DNA of 64,000 nucleotides from Nitrospirota bacterium (GTDB taxonomy: Bacteria; JACPQY01), in assembly GCA_016180645.1 (NCBI GenBank), contig JACPAV010000003.1, positions 62,001 through 126,000 of the forward strand, read 5' to 3'. A program made the translations under genes and the position numbers. Shown here piece after piece: positions 46,588-57,187 of this stretch. The stretch's first letter is position 1; the number at the start of each line of letters is the position of its first letter. The notes beneath the pieces were generated by a model, which made no database searches, had not been told where the DNA came from, and saw nothing but the letters and a program-made list of their open reading frames with translations.

Positions 46588-46857
46588 ATGATTCTTGACG
46601 AGTGTCCAAATTGTGGGAGCAAAAAGGTCAAGTACGTGATTTCGGACTACACCATTCGGCTCGCTAGGAATCACCGTGTGAAAATTCCTGCATTGAGGCG
46701 CTTGCGGTGTCTGAAGTGCCGGGAAGAAGTGTTTGATCCGGAGGCGATGCAGGTACGAGACCACTATCTCTCCAAGGACCCGGTCTGGCAGGCCGGGCGC
46801 CGCGCCCTCTCGAAGAGGACGGCCAATCGGCGGCGGTCCGTGGCGCAAGCCGCCTGA
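46588..46857 (+). CDS. YgiT/MqsA-type zinc-finger protein without HTH
   Basis: CPNCG...CLKCREEVF. Confidence 0.75.
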   Translation: MILDECPNCGSKKVKYVISDYTIRLARNHRVKIPALRRLRCLKCREEVFDPEAMQVRDHYLSKDPVWQAGRRALSKRTANRRRSVAQAA

Positions 46858-46875
46858 AGTGACCAGCCCCCCTGT

Positions 46876-47742
46876 TTAGTGCCACCCGTGATGAGAGTAT
46901 AGGGGCTGCTCGTCGGGTGGTCTAGTTGTGATTCCGTACGGCACCGGGACGACCGTTTCCGGTGCCGGCGGTTTGTATCCGAGCGCACTGTGCGGCCGGA
47001 TCGTGTTGTAGTGGATTCTCCATCGTTCGATCAGGACCTGAGCCTCCTTCAGCGTGTAGAAGATCTCGCCGTTCAAGAGTTCGTTCCTGAGCTTCCCGTT
47101 GAAGCTCTCGTTGTATCCGTTCTCCCAAGGGGATCCGGGTTCAATGAACAGGGTCTGGACCCCGATCTGGGCCAGCCAGTTCCGCACGGCGTGGGCCGTG
47201 AATTCGGGACCGTTGTCGCTTCGGATGTGCTCGGGAACGGCCCGCGTGAGGAAGAGCCCTGCCAGAACTTCCAGGACAGCCTGGCTGTCCAGCGTGCGCT
47301 CCACCTTGATCGCCAGACACTCCCGCGTGTACTCGTCCAGGACGGTCAGCATCCGAAGCGGCCGGCCGTCATGGGTGTAATCCTGCACGAAATCGTAGCT
47401 CCAGACGTGGTCCCGATGGGCCGGCCGCAGCCGGATGCACGACCCGTCGTTGAGCCAGAGTCGGCCTCGTCGGGGCTGCTTCCGGGGCACCTGGAGCCCC
47501 TCCTGACGCCAGATCCGTTCCACCCGCTTGTGGTTGACCCCAAAGCCCCGGTTCCGCATCAGCGCCGTCACCTGCCGGTACCCATACCGGCCATACTGGG
47601 CCGCCAGCTCAATCACCTCTCGCTCCATCCGGGTCTCCTCCAAGCTCACGCGCGGTGCGTAGCGATAGCAGGTCCGGGAGATCTCCAGGGTCTGACAGGC
47701 CCGGCGCTCTGAAACCCCGATCTCCCGTCGCACATGCTCCAC
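46876..47742 (-). CDS. IS3 transposase OrfB (DDE domain)
   Basis: YGYR, WSYDF, IRSDNGPEF, PGSPWENGYNESFNG, RPHSALGY. Confidence 0.95.
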   Translation of the reverse strand: MEHVRREIGVSERRACQTLEISRTCYRYAPRVSLEETRMEREVIELAAQYGRYGYRQVTALMRNRGFGVNHKRVERIWRQEGLQVPRKQPRRGRLWLNDGSCIRLRPAHRDHVWSYDFVQDYTHDGRPLRMLTVLDEYTRECLAIKVERTLDSQAVLEVLAGLFLTRAVPEHIRSDNGPEFTAHAVRNWLAQIGVQTLFIEPGSPWENGYNESFNGKLRNELLNGEIFYTLKEAQVLIERWRIHYNTIRPHSALGYKPPAPETVVPVPYGITTRPPDEQPLYSHHGWH

Positions 47743-47765
47743 ACACTGCCTCCGACGTACCGCGC

Positions 47766-48047
47766 TTAAAAGTTTCCCGAGGCGGCCTCTTTCAGGATCG
47801 CCTTGTCCAGGCTCAGGTCCGCCACCAGCTTCTTGAGCCGGGTATTCTCCACCTCAAGCTCCTTCAACCGCCGGGCTTGTACGACGGTCATCCCGCCGTA
47901 CTCCTTGCGCCACCGGTAGTAGGTCTGCTCGGTGATCCCGATCTTGCGGCATACGACGGGAAGACCCGCCCCCTGAGCCAGCTCAATCTCCGCCTGCCTC
48001 AGCTTGCCAATGATCTCTTCCGCTCGGTGTCTGCGCCTCTTGGCCAT
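47766..48047 (-). CDS. IS3 transposase OrfA
   Basis: HTH (CRKIGITEQTYYRWRKEYGG), LKELEVENTRLKKLVADL. Confidence 0.95.
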   Translation of the reverse strand: MAKRRRHRAEEIIGKLRQAEIELAQGAGLPVVCRKIGITEQTYYRWRKEYGGMTVVQARRLKELEVENTRLKKLVADLSLDKAILKEAASGNF

Positions 48048-48233
48048 GTTTCGCCTCCTTTTCCAGGCCCAAGCCTAACATTCCACTCGGACCTAATTAA
48101 AGAGGGCAGGTCACCAAACGGCGGTTTGTCACTGATCAGCGCTGATTTCAATCACCGTTCCATGGGGGATATTCCCCATTTTCTTATCGGGCCATTGGAA
48201 CACAATATAATGAGATCCAGAGGGGAGGTTCGC

Positions 48234-49160
48234 ATGGAGATCCCAGAGGGAAACCGAGTGGAGAAGGACCGTCCAAGAGTCCTCATCGTCGACGACGATC
48301 CAGATTGCCGCCGAGTCCTCACCATCCACCTTACGGAACAGGGCTACGATATTTCCGAGGCCACGGAGGGTGACCAAGCCGTGCGTTCCGTCGATCGCGA
48401 CGGCGCGGACGTGGTTATTCTCGAAATCCTGTTAAAGGATTCGGATGGCTTCGAGGTCCTGGAGCGACTCCGGGCAACCGAAGCAACTCCAAGTGTCATT
48501 CTGCTCTCCTCCTCCACCGGCGTCGACTACCGTCTGAGAGGACTCCACGCCGGCGCTTCCGATTACATCACCAAGCCGTTTGACGCGAGCGAAGTGGCCG
48601 CACGGGTTGCCATCGTTCTGAGACAGCGTTCCGAGATCCATAAGGCCCGATCAGAGGCGGCCCTCGATCCGGCGAGCGGTCTCTTCACCCGCTCCTCCTT
48701 CGAACGGCTGTTCCACCAGGAGGTCGCCGTTGCCAAACGGTACCGGCAACCTGTGGCTCTCGTTCTCTTGGATGCCGATGGACTCGTCAAGGTCAACAGC
48801 CGCTTCGGTTGGATCATCGGGAACCACTACATCGAGGCCCTCGGCAGCGCGATCGCCGAAACGTGCCGAGCTTCGGATATCGGAGCCCGGTTGGGCGGTG
48901 GCGAGTTCGGAGTCTTACTGCCCGAAACCAACATGGCGGGGGTCGCCCAGTTTCTCATCCGCCTGTGGCAAACCCTGGCCACCGCGCGCGTCCACATTCC
49001 TTTGGGGCGCCACTCCATCAAAGTTTCGGCTTCCATGGGATATGCCGTCTTCGGCGCCCACGCCGAGGACGCGGCAGCACTGTGGAACGCCGCCGTTGAA
49101 TCCCTCGCTCACGCGAAACAAATCCCCGGCGTCTCCACCGAGCGGCGGCTGAGCGCTTAA
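48234..49160 (+). CDS. REC-GGDEF protein with degenerate motifs
   Basis: VLIVDDD...GASDYITKPF, then RASDIGARLGGGEF; GGAGG RBS. Confidence 0.85.
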   Translation: MEIPEGNRVEKDRPRVLIVDDDPDCRRVLTIHLTEQGYDISEATEGDQAVRSVDRDGADVVILEILLKDSDGFEVLERLRATEATPSVILLSSSTGVDYRLRGLHAGASDYITKPFDASEVAARVAIVLRQRSEIHKARSEAALDPASGLFTRSSFERLFHQEVAVAKRYRQPVALVLLDADGLVKVNSRFGWIIGNHYIEALGSAIAETCRASDIGARLGGGEFGVLLPETNMAGVAQFLIRLWQTLATARVHIPLGRHSIKVSASMGYAVFGAHAEDAAALWNAAVESLAHAKQIPGVSTERRLSA

Positions 49161-49180
49161 CGCGCTGCTTCGTGCAACTT

Positions 49181-49867
49181 TCAATGGCCCCGCAAGCCAC
49201 CGCCGGTAAGGTGCAGGATCACCAACAACAGCGCCAAGCCAACGGCGTGGATGCCGACCACGTACGCCCAGCGTGGAGTCCTGACGGCTGATTCCCGGCC
49301 TGGACTAACCCTCGAGTCGTCATCAGAAACGGGAATGGTGGGCCCGCCAGCCACGAACTCCGCAGGCCGCTCGTGTGACTTGCGTCGCCCGTACGGGGTC
49401 ATGCCCCATGGCTTGTATACCGACAGTGCCGCGGCTGCGAGCAATACGAGCAAGCCACCCGCAGCGTGGACCACGAGTTGAATTCGCAGCGCACGAACAT
49501 CGGTCGTGGCAAATGTCGTCTCTGCCGCAATACCTGCCATCCGGCTTACTGCCTGCATATGTTGCAGCAGGATCAAGGCGGCGCCAGCAGTCAGCAGAAA
49601 CTTCACCAAGATCCACCAATGCCGGAACAGGCCCCACCGAGTACCCAGCGCCTCGACGAGCCCGGCCAACAGAGCGGCGAGACTGAAGGGAACGATAACG
49701 ATCCAGCCGACCAACTCCATCGAGAGGTAGGCGGCACGACCAAGCTGGGCATCGTCGCTGGTCAGACCGGCTACGGCGAGACAAAGGTAGGCAGCGACCG
49801 CGCCGAGCCATCCGACCGACGAGACGACATGCGTCGTAAGCGTGAACTTGCGGAGGCTTGGATTCAT
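49181..49867 (-). CDS. Membrane protein (DUF2269-like)
   Basis: HVVSSVGWLG, WGLFRHWWILVKF, LSVYKPWG. Confidence 0.75.
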   Translation of the reverse strand: MNPSLRKFTLTTHVVSSVGWLGAVAAYLCLAVAGLTSDDAQLGRAAYLSMELVGWIVIVPFSLAALLAGLVEALGTRWGLFRHWWILVKFLLTAGAALILLQHMQAVSRMAGIAAETTFATTDVRALRIQLVVHAAGGLLVLLAAAALSVYKPWGMTPYGRRKSHERPAEFVAGGPTIPVSDDDSRVSPGRESAVRTPRWAYVVGIHAVGLALLLVILHLTGGGLRGH

Positions 49868-49985
49868 GACTATGACTTCTCCATGCGGGGAAAGACTCCT
49901 GCTGCTGAGGCCGGGTCATTCATAGTCGCATCCATGAAGGTGTGTTGGAACGTGAGCATGGAGGTGCTCAACGGCCACGAACCGC

Positions 49986-50237
49986 CTATCGGGCAACTTG
50001 ACGCTTTCTGCCCGTGACCTTCCTCAGCCGCAATTCCTTTTCCAACATTTCCCACTCCATGAGGTCGGCCAGGGTTGAAAAATCGGATGAATCACAGGTC
50101 AGCCTCTTTGAAAACGTAGACAGCTTGTCACCATGCTTTCTTTCGAACTTCTCAATCTTCTTCTGAATCACAGAAAGCGACAGACGCTCGGTGTCCAGTA
50201 TCCGTTGTTTGCCGGCGTTCTCGGTCAACAGTCTCAT
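49986..50237 (-). CDS. Small hypothetical protein, antitoxin-like
   Basis: IEKFERKHG...DLMEW; ATGA-coupled to the upstream gene. Confidence 0.6.
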   Translation of the reverse strand: MRLLTENAGKQRILDTERLSLSVIQKKIEKFERKHGDKLSTFSKRLTCDSSDFSTLADLMEWEMLEKELRLRKVTGRKRQVAR

Positions 50238-50506
50238 CGCTTCAAGATTCCTTCCAACAGTGGAGCAATTTCGCCCGCAACGGTTCTCGCCTTTGCAGCC
50301 GCTCCCACCGAGTCCATCACCGCCGTCTGCATCTTCACATGAACATGGGGCATGAAGATCTTCCGTCCCTTCCTCAACTCATGGCTGTCGAATCGGATTT
50401 CATCGTACCATGAACCCCGTTGTCGATAAAGGCGGACATGGAATTCGCCGGTAGCCGGCTCTGAAGCATCGGCAATGATCGAAAGCTTCCACTCATCGTG
50501 TGGCAC
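50234..50506 (-). CDS. Small hypothetical protein, toxin-like
   Basis: IRFDSH...PHVH motif; TACTAT box 6 nt before the GTG. Confidence 0.55.
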   Translation of the reverse strand: MPHDEWKLSIIADASEPATGEFHVRLYRQRGSWYDEIRFDSHELRKGRKIFMPHVHVKMQTAVMDSVGAAAKARTVAGEIAPLLEGILKR

Positions 50507-50650
50507 GGCTCAATAGTAGGCGTACAACGGTGGAAATCGAGGAGAATCCTCATGAAGTGATGGGGCGAGCCCTTTCAGAAACCTGTCGCGCTTCGAACTG
50601 TGGCGGCCGCCAGGGCCACGGGGAATTCGGCGTGAGCGGCGAGAGATGTC

Positions 50651-53600
50651 CTACCTGCCGGCTGGAGTGTACCCCAAATTCGGTGAGAGCCAGCGCTCGA
50701 TCTCCTCGACCCGCATCCCCTTCCGCCGCGCGTAGTCTTCGATCTGGTCGCGCCCGACCTTGCCCACATTGAAATACCGCGACTCCGGGTGCGCAAAGTA
50801 GAATCCGCTCACCGACGCCGCCGGCATCATCGCAAAGCTCTCCGTGAGTTCGATGCCGGTGCTCCGGGTAGCGTCGAGGATTTCGAACAACGTCCGCTTC
50901 TCCGTGTGATCGGGACACGCCGGGTACCCCGGAGCCGGACGAATCCCGTGATACTCCTCACGGATGAGCGACTCGGCGGCAAGGTGTTCCTCCTTCGCGT
51001 AGCCCCATAATTCTTTTCGCACCCGCTCGTGCAGGAATTCGGCGAAGGCTTCTGCAAGCCGGTCTGCCAGCGCCTTGCCCATGATGCTCCGGTAGTCGTC
51101 GTGCTCCTTCTCAAATCGCCGGACCAGCTCATCCAGCCCGATCCCCGCCGTCACCGCAAAACAACCGAGGAAATCCTGAACGCCGGATGTCGCCGGCGCT
51201 ATGAAATCCGCGAGCGAGAATTGCGGCTGGCTCGCATCCTTCGCCGTCTGCTGCCGGAGGAAGCGGAACACCGCGCTCACAGATTTTCGGTCGCCCTCCC
51301 GGTACACTTCCACGTCGTCCCCCACGCTGTTCGCGTGGAAAATCCCGGCCACACCCTTCGCCCTGAGCCACCGACCGGATTCGATGCGATCCATAAGCGC
51401 CTGCGCGTCGGCAAACAGTTTCCGCGCCTCGGCGCCCGCAGCCGGGTCCTCCAGGATCGCCGGATAACGCCCCTGCATCTCCCAGGTCTGGAAGAACGGC
51501 GTCCAATCGATGTAGCGCCGCAGTTCCGAAATCGAAGGTTCGACGGCGCGGAGGCCCACGAAGGCGGGCTTGGGGATTCCATTCCGTCCCCAGGTGAGCG
51601 CAAGGCGTCTCGCCCGCGCCTCCCCCAACGTGAGCAGGGGCCGCGTCTCTTTCTCCCGATACAGACGCCGAACCTCCTCGTACTCACCATGAATCTTTGA
51701 AACGAACTTCTCGCGGTCCGAGCCAAGCAGACTCCCGACCACGGTCACGCTTCGGGACGCATCCAGCACATGGATCACGGGCGCCTCGTAAGCCGGTCCG
51801 ATCTTGACGGCTGTGTGAACGCGCGACGTCGTGGCTCCCCCGATAAGGAGCGGCAGCTTCCAACCGTCACGCTGCATCTCCTGCGCCACATGGACCATCT
51901 CATCCAATGAAGGCGTGATGAGCCCCGAGAGGCCGATCAGGTCCGCTTTCTCCGCGCGCGCCGCCTGAAGAATCTTCTCGCACGGCGCCATCACGCCGAG
52001 ATCCACCACCCGATAGTTGTTGCACCCCAGCACCACGCCCACGATGTTCTTCCCGATGTCGTGAACGTCGCCCTTGACCGTGGCCATGACGATCGTCCCC
52101 GCGTTTCGCGCCTCCGCTCCCTGCTCCGCCTTTTCCTTCTCCAGGAAAGGCGTCAGGTAGGCCACCGCCTTCTTCATCACCCGGGCGCTCTTGACCACTT
52201 GGGGCAGAAACATCTTGCCGGAGCCGAACAGATCGCCGACCACACTCATCCCCGCCATGAGAGGACCTTCGATCACCGCGAGCGGTCGACCATATTTTTT
52301 GAGGGCTTCTTCCGTGTCGCGCTCGATGTGCTCCACGATGCCCTTCACGAGCGCATGCGACAATCTTTCCTCAACCGAACCTGATCGCCACTCCGCCTCC
52401 CCTGCTTTGACCTTCCCTTTCTTCCTCAACGATTCGGCAAACGTCACCAGCCGCTCGGTCGCATCGGGACGCCGGTTGAAAAGGACGTCCTCCACAAGCT
52501 CCAGGAGCGGTTTGGGGATTTCCTCATACACCCCAAGCTGTCCCGCGCTGACGATCCCCATGTCCAGTCCAGCCCGAACGGCGTGGTAGAGAAAAGCGGT
52601 GTGCATCGCCTCCCGCACCGCGTGGTTTCCGCGGAAGGAAAACGAAAGGTTGCTGATGCCTCCGCTCACGCGGGCATGAGGGAGATTCGCCTTGATCCAG
52701 CGTGTCGCTTCGATGAACGCCATGGCGTATCCGTTGTGTTCCTCGATGCCCGTGGCAACGGTCAGGATATTCGGATCGAAAATGATGTCCTCCGCCGGAA
52801 ACCCGATCTCCTCCGTGAGGATGCGGTAGGCCCGGCGGCAGATTCCGATCTTTCGCTCCAGCGTGTCGGCTTGCCCCTTTTCGTCGAACGCCATGACCAC
52901 CACGGCCGCCCCGTACCGGCGCACGGTTTTCGCCCGGGCCTTGAACGCCTCCTCTCCCTCTTTGAGGCTGATCGAATTCACGACCCCTTTTCCCTGAAGG
53001 CACTGGAGACCGGCTTCGATGACCGACCACTTGGATGAATCGACCATGATGGGGACACGCGCGATGTCCGGCTCCGAGGCGACGAGGTTGAGGAAGCGCA
53101 CCATCGCGGCCTGCGAATCGAGCATCGCTTCATCCATGTTCACGTCGATGACCTGGGCGCCGCTGTCGACCTGGTCCCGCGCCACCGAGAGCGCCTCTTC
53201 GAAGCTTCCGGCAAGAATGAGCTTCGAGAACTTCGGCGATCCCGTGATGTTTGTTCTCTCCCCGATGTTCACGAAGTTCGAGTCCGACCGCATAACGAGC
53301 GGTTCAAATCCGCTTAGCCGAAGCGTCCGCGGGATGGATGGAATCGCGCGCGGTTTCTTTCCCTTGACCGCCTCCGCGATGGCACGGATGTGCGCCGGCG
53401 TGGTTCCACAGCAGCCGCCCACCATGTTGATCAGCCCGCTCTCGGCGAATTCGGCCAGGATGGACGCCATCTGCTCCGGCGTCTGATCGTACCCTCCCAG
53501 CTCGTTCGGAAGCCCGGCGTTCGGATACGCGGTCAAATACACGCCGGCCAATCGCGACAAATCCCCAAGGTGTGGCCTCATTTCTTTCGCCCCCAGCGCG

Positions 53601-54355
53601 CAGTTCAGGCCCACGGAGCAGAGTTCGCCATGCGAAATGGAGATCCAGAAGGCCTCGGCGGTCTGACCCGAAAGCGTGCGCCCACTTTTGTCGACGATGG
53701 TCCCGGACACCATCAGCGGCCGGCGCTCCCCTCTCTCGTCGAACACTTGGTGGGCCGCAAAAATCGCCGCCTTGCAGTTGAGGGTGTCGAACACCGTCTC
53801 AATCAAGAGAAGATCGACCCCCCCCTCCATCAAACCGCGAATCTGCATTGCATAGGCTTCCACGAGCCGGGCGAACGTCACGGCTCTGAACCCCGGATCG
53901 TTTACGTTCGGCGACATCGAGGCCGTCCGGTTGGTCGGGCCGATCGCCCCGGCCACGAACCGCGGCCGATTCGGATCGTCCTTGGTGAACGCGTCGGCCT
54001 CCGCCCTTGCGAGTTTCGCCGCCGCCACGTTCAGCTCGTGCGCAAGAGCCTCCATGCCGTAGTCCGCGAGCGAAACGGCATTCGAGTTGAACGTATTCGT
54101 TTCGAGGATGTCCGCCCCGGCTTCGAGGTAGAGCCGGTGAATCCCGCCGATGATGGACGGCTGCGTGAGCGATAGAAGATCGTTGTTTCCCTTCAGATCC
54201 CGGCCGTGATTGGCGAATCGCGCCCCCCGGTACTGCGCCTCCGTCAGCTTGTGCGTCTGGATCATCGTTCCCATCGCGCCGTCGATGATCATGATCCGCT
54301 TCGAAAGAATCCCCCGGAGAAGATTCTCCACCGTTTCCCCGTCCCGCCCGATCAC
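50651..54355 (-). CDS. metH: Cobalamin-dependent methionine synthase
   Basis: DGAMGT, GGCCGT, IGERTN, B12-binding [25 protein letters not shown]. Confidence 0.98.
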   Translation of the reverse strand: MIGRDGETVENLLRGILSKRIMIIDGAMGTMIQTHKLTEAQYRGARFANHGRDLKGNNDLLSLTQPSIIGGIHRLYLEAGADILETNTFNSNAVSLADYGMEALAHELNVAAAKLARAEADAFTKDDPNRPRFVAGAIGPTNRTASMSPNVNDPGFRAVTFARLVEAYAMQIRGLMEGGVDLLLIETVFDTLNCKAAIFAAHQVFDERGERRPLMVSGTIVDKSGRTLSGQTAEAFWISISHGELCSVGLNCALGAKEMRPHLGDLSRLAGVYLTAYPNAGLPNELGGYDQTPEQMASILAEFAESGLINMVGGCCGTTPAHIRAIAEAVKGKKPRAIPSIPRTLRLSGFEPLVMRSDSNFVNIGERTNITGSPKFSKLILAGSFEEALSVARDQVDSGAQVIDVNMDEAMLDSQAAMVRFLNLVASEPDIARVPIMVDSSKWSVIEAGLQCLQGKGVVNSISLKEGEEAFKARAKTVRRYGAAVVVMAFDEKGQADTLERKIGICRRAYRILTEEIGFPAEDIIFDPNILTVATGIEEHNGYAMAFIEATRWIKANLPHARVSGGISNLSFSFRGNHAVREAMHTAFLYHAVRAGLDMGIVSAGQLGVYEEIPKPLLELVEDVLFNRRPDATERLVTFAESLRKKGKVKAGEAEWRSGSVEERLSHALVKGIVEHIERDTEEALKKYGRPLAVIEGPLMAGMSVVGDLFGSGKMFLPQVVKSARVMKKAVAYLTPFLEKEKAEQGAEARNAGTIVMATVKGDVHDIGKNIVGVVLGCNNYRVVDLGVMAPCEKILQAARAEKADLIGLSGLITPSLDEMVHVAQEMQRDGWKLPLLIGGATTSRVHTAVKIGPAYEAPVIHVLDASRSVTVVGSLLGSDREKFVSKIHGEYEEVRRLYREKETRPLLTLGEARARRLALTWGRNGIPKPAFVGLRAVEPSISELRRYIDWTPFFQTWEMQGRYPAILEDPAAGAEARKLFADAQALMDRIESGRWLRAKGVAGIFHANSVGDDVEVYREGDRKSVSAVFRFLRQQTAKDASQPQFSLADFIAPATSGVQDFLGCFAVTAGIGLDELVRRFEKEHDDYRSIMGKALADRLAEAFAEFLHERVRKELWGYAKEEHLAAESLIREEYHGIRPAPGYPACPDHTEKRTLFEILDATRSTGIELTESFAMMPAASVSGFYFAHPESRYFNVGKVGRDQIEDYARRKGMRVEEIERWLSPNLGYTPAGR

Positions 54356-55569
54356 GCCGCCGACTCCGCCTGCTCCAGCACCCCGCCGGATCTCACGTCG
54401 ACGACCGTCCTCTCCGCAAACGCCCGCTCCACCGGGTCCGCGAACGGCAGGGCCGATTCCACCCTCTCCGCCTCAACCTGAACGGGCCGCGTTTCGGGGT
54501 GTTTGGCCACGAACAGCGCGCAGCAGTCTTCGTAGGGAAGGATGGACGTCTCGTATGTGCCAATCTTCCTCGCCCGCTCGATGATTTCCGATTTGTCGAA
54601 TCCGATGAGCGGTCGGAGGATGGGGACACTCACCGCCGATTGAATGACGCCGATCGAATCCAGTGTTTGACTCGCCACCTGCCCGAGACTCTCGCCCGTG
54701 ACAAGTGCTTTCCCGTGGATCTCACCGCAGACCTTCTCCGCAATCCGGACGAACATCCGGCGCATGAGGGTGATCCGCATTGCCGGCGGCGCAGAAGCCC
54801 AGATGAGTTGCTGGAGCGGTGTGAAATTGATGATGTGGAGCCTGCGGGGACCGCCCCATTCGGAGAGGATTCGGCAAAGATCCTTCACCTTCTCCACCGC
54901 CTGAGGATTCGTGAACCCCGGCGTGTCGAAATGGATCGCGTCGATTTCAAGACCCCGCTTGAGGCCGTACCAGATCGCCACCGGACTGTCGATCCCGCCC
55001 GAAATCAACGCCAGCGCTCGGCCACTGGTTCCGACCGGCAATCCACCGGCACCATTGGGGTCGTCCACGTAGACCACGGCGCCCTTGTACCTCACTTCCA
55101 CCTTCAGACAGATCGCCGGATCGTGGACATCAACACGAAGCCTCTCGAATGTCTTCAGCAAATGCTCCCCCAACAGTCGATTCATTTCCAGGGAACGCAT
55201 GGGAAAGGTCTTGTCCACCCGACGCGCCTCGATCTTGAACGTCACCCGATCTTCCGGCCGGCCCTTCAGAGCATCGTCGATGATCTGCTCGGACGCAGGA
55301 ACCATCTCCGCCCACGCTTTGCCCGTCCGATGCGATCCCACGGCGCTCATCAGGCCGAAGACTTTCCGCGCACGGTTGGCCGCGCCGCCGAGATGGTCAA
55401 CGCGGCCATCAAGGGGTGAGACGTAGAGGCGGCGATCACCCTTTTCGAAATCCCAATCCCCGAGCGGCCGGAGCGCTTCCTTCACGTTTCCCATCAGCCT
55501 TTTCTCGAAAAAGGGCCGGTTGTCACCCTTGAGCACAAGTTCGCCCATCTTCAGAAGCAGAATCTGCAT
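54352..55569 (-). CDS. thiI: tRNA 4-thiouridine synthase (no rhodanese domain)
   Basis: [15 protein letters not shown] domain, [30 protein letters not shown]. Confidence 0.95.
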   Translation of the reverse strand: MQILLLKMGELVLKGDNRPFFEKRLMGNVKEALRPLGDWDFEKGDRRLYVSPLDGRVDHLGGAANRARKVFGLMSAVGSHRTGKAWAEMVPASEQIIDDALKGRPEDRVTFKIEARRVDKTFPMRSLEMNRLLGEHLLKTFERLRVDVHDPAICLKVEVRYKGAVVYVDDPNGAGGLPVGTSGRALALISGGIDSPVAIWYGLKRGLEIDAIHFDTPGFTNPQAVEKVKDLCRILSEWGGPRRLHIINFTPLQQLIWASAPPAMRITLMRRMFVRIAEKVCGEIHGKALVTGESLGQVASQTLDSIGVIQSAVSVPILRPLIGFDKSEIIERARKIGTYETSILPYEDCCALFVAKHPETRPVQVEAERVESALPFADPVERAFAERTVVDVRSGGVLEQAESAA

Positions 55570-55631
55570 GCTGTGATCCTCACCCGCCCGGCCCGAAATG
55601 GCAAGGCGGTGGCGCCCACCACGGTAATTGC

Positions 55632-55658
55632 GTCATTCCCGCGAAAGCGGGAATCCAG
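55632..55658. repeat. Short palindromic intergenic repeat
   Basis: GTCATTCCCGCGAAAGCGGGAATCCAG. Confidence 0.7.
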
Positions 55659-55741
55659 ACCCCGATTGGCCCCCCCCCCGTCCAAACCCAAGCGACGGGA
55701 CATGCCAAACCCATCCCGCTGTGCTACCCTCCCCGGTCGCG

Positions 55742-56218
55742 ATGCTCCGATATCACTTCAGACTCCTCTGGGTTTACCTGGTCTATCGGTTCCGGCCGAA
55801 CCGGTCGGCGGTCACCCGGTACTCAGCGAAGGTTCGCTATCGGGACTGCGACATCAACGGCCACATGAACAACGCAGTCTACCTTTTCTACCTGGACGAG
55901 GCGCGCTTCGACCACTTCTTCCGCTCCGGACTTTTTCACCGGCTTCGCGAAGTGAAAGCGAGGCCCGTCGTGGGCCGCGTCGATATCTCCTACCGCCGCG
56001 AACTCCGCCCGCGGCAGCGTTTCACCATCGAGTCCTTCACCGAATCGATCGAAGGAAAACTGGTCTACGTGCGCCACAACTTCTACGTCGGCGCCACCCT
56101 CCACGCCTCCGCCAACGCCGGCCAACTCATCCTCCAGAACGGCAAAGTCATCGACCCCTCGTTCCTCACCGACATGATCCATCATCCCCAGTTGACACCC
56201 GCCGCCCTCTCTAAATAA
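55742..56218 (+). CDS. Acyl-CoA thioesterase (4HBT/YbgC hotdog fold)
   Basis: VRYRDCDINGHMNNAVY, ISYRRELR. Confidence 0.9.
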   Translation: MLRYHFRLLWVYLVYRFRPNRSAVTRYSAKVRYRDCDINGHMNNAVYLFYLDEARFDHFFRSGLFHRLREVKARPVVGRVDISYRRELRPRQRFTIESFTESIEGKLVYVRHNFYVGATLHASANAGQLILQNGKVIDPSFLTDMIHHPQLTPAALSK

Positions 56219-56219
56219 C

Positions 56220-56266
56220 CGGTGACAGTATACTCTAATTGGTCGTAATAGAGTATACTGTCACCG
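56220..56266. repeat. Perfect 18-bp inverted repeat
   Basis: CGGTGACAGTATACTCTA-N11-TAGAGTATACTGTCACCG. Confidence 0.85.
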
Positions 56267-56342
56267 AATATACTTGGTCGAATGTCTTGCTCATAAGGGA
56301 TGAAGGGCATCAAAGATGACCACGGAGCCTCCGACGCTAAGT

Positions 56343-56600
56343 TCAGGCGGCTCTGACGAAAGTGAAAACCGGCTTGGGCTTGGCTCCCCCACGGACCCTC
56401 ACGACGGCGACTTTCCCCTGCTTGCGGCGTTCTCTCAGGATGCGTTGGTTGATTTCGTAGAGGAGCTTGTCGTCCTCCGGCAGGAAAACCAGGTCGGCAG
56501 CGGGTGGGATCTTGTCGAGCACTTCAGGATGGGCAAAGGCGAACAAGAGGAACTCGCGCAAGAGATCAAGATTTTTCCCAACGACTTCATCCTCTCTCAT
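56343..56600 (-). CDS. DUF5647-like small protein
   Basis: KNLDLLREF...HPEVLDKIPPAADLVFLPEDD. Confidence 0.7.
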   Translation of the reverse strand: MREDEVVGKNLDLLREFLLFAFAHPEVLDKIPPAADLVFLPEDDKLLYEINQRILRERRKQGKVAVVRVRGGAKPKPVFTFVRAA

Positions 56601-56707
56601 CGAGTCATCTCCCCCTCGTATCCGTTCCGGTGCCCTCGCCATGATGTCTTCATATCCTGTGTAACAGATAGGTATGCGATTGTGAAGTCTGTAGGGGTAC
56701 ATGCCAT
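56597..56707 (-). pseudogene. Probable 3' remnant of the usual upstream partner of the DUF5647-like gene
   Basis: 36-aa MACTPTDFTIAYLSVTQDMKTSWRGHRNGYEGEMTR*, ATGA-coupled to 56600. Confidence 0.4.
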
Positions 56708-56768
56708 CGCTTGACACGCGCCGTCCTCTCTGCGTGAATCATTTTGTTTTGTGGTACTCTGACTCGGA

Positions 56769-57185
56769 ATGATTTTCGCGCAGGTCGTTACGAGAGTGAT
56801 CCGGGAGAAGCCTGTAGCGAAGGTTCTGACGAAGCTACACCGATCAACAGCCGCAGGCGGACTTCTCCAAGTGCCCTACCTCATCCCCTATGATTATTTC
56901 TTGGCCGACATGCCGGCGCTCCTGAGGGACCGTGACCAAGCACCCATCCTACAATTTCACCGCGTCTGGACGCTTGACCAACGTTGCCGATTGCAATACG
57001 CGAAGGACCCGTTTTTCTTTTCCGGGCAGCCGGATTTTTCGCAGATGCTGTGGAGCGAACCCCGTTCGTTCCCCATCACGTACACACGACCCGGAGAAGG
57101 CAGTTTTGAGGTGCAATACCCTCCCGCGATCGTGGATGCTTGCGAGTTCTGCCTCCCGGAATATAATCATTATCGAGATCAATAA
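56769..57185 (+). CDS. Hypothetical protein (138 aa)
   Basis: TG-n-TACTCT box just upstream; 2 nt from the next gene. Confidence 0.55.
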   Translation: MIFAQVVTRVIREKPVAKVLTKLHRSTAAGGLLQVPYLIPYDYFLADMPALLRDRDQAPILQFHRVWTLDQRCRLQYAKDPFFFSGQPDFSQMLWSEPRSFPITYTRPGEGSFEVQYPPAIVDACEFCLPEYNHYRDQ

Positions 57186-57187
57186 CG

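Larger units (their letters stand above)
46860..48113 (-). mobile_element. IS3-family insertion sequence (1254 bp)
   Basis: Ends TGACCAGCCC / GGGCAGGTCA (TG..CA); orfA and orfB with GGGAAAC -1 slippery site (47772-47778, minus strand). Confidence 0.93.

Noticed and set aside
47655-48233. Apparent N-terminal extension of the REC-GGDEF ORF
   Set aside because: It reads through the antisense strand of IS3 orfA; an RBS-backed ATG exists at 48234.
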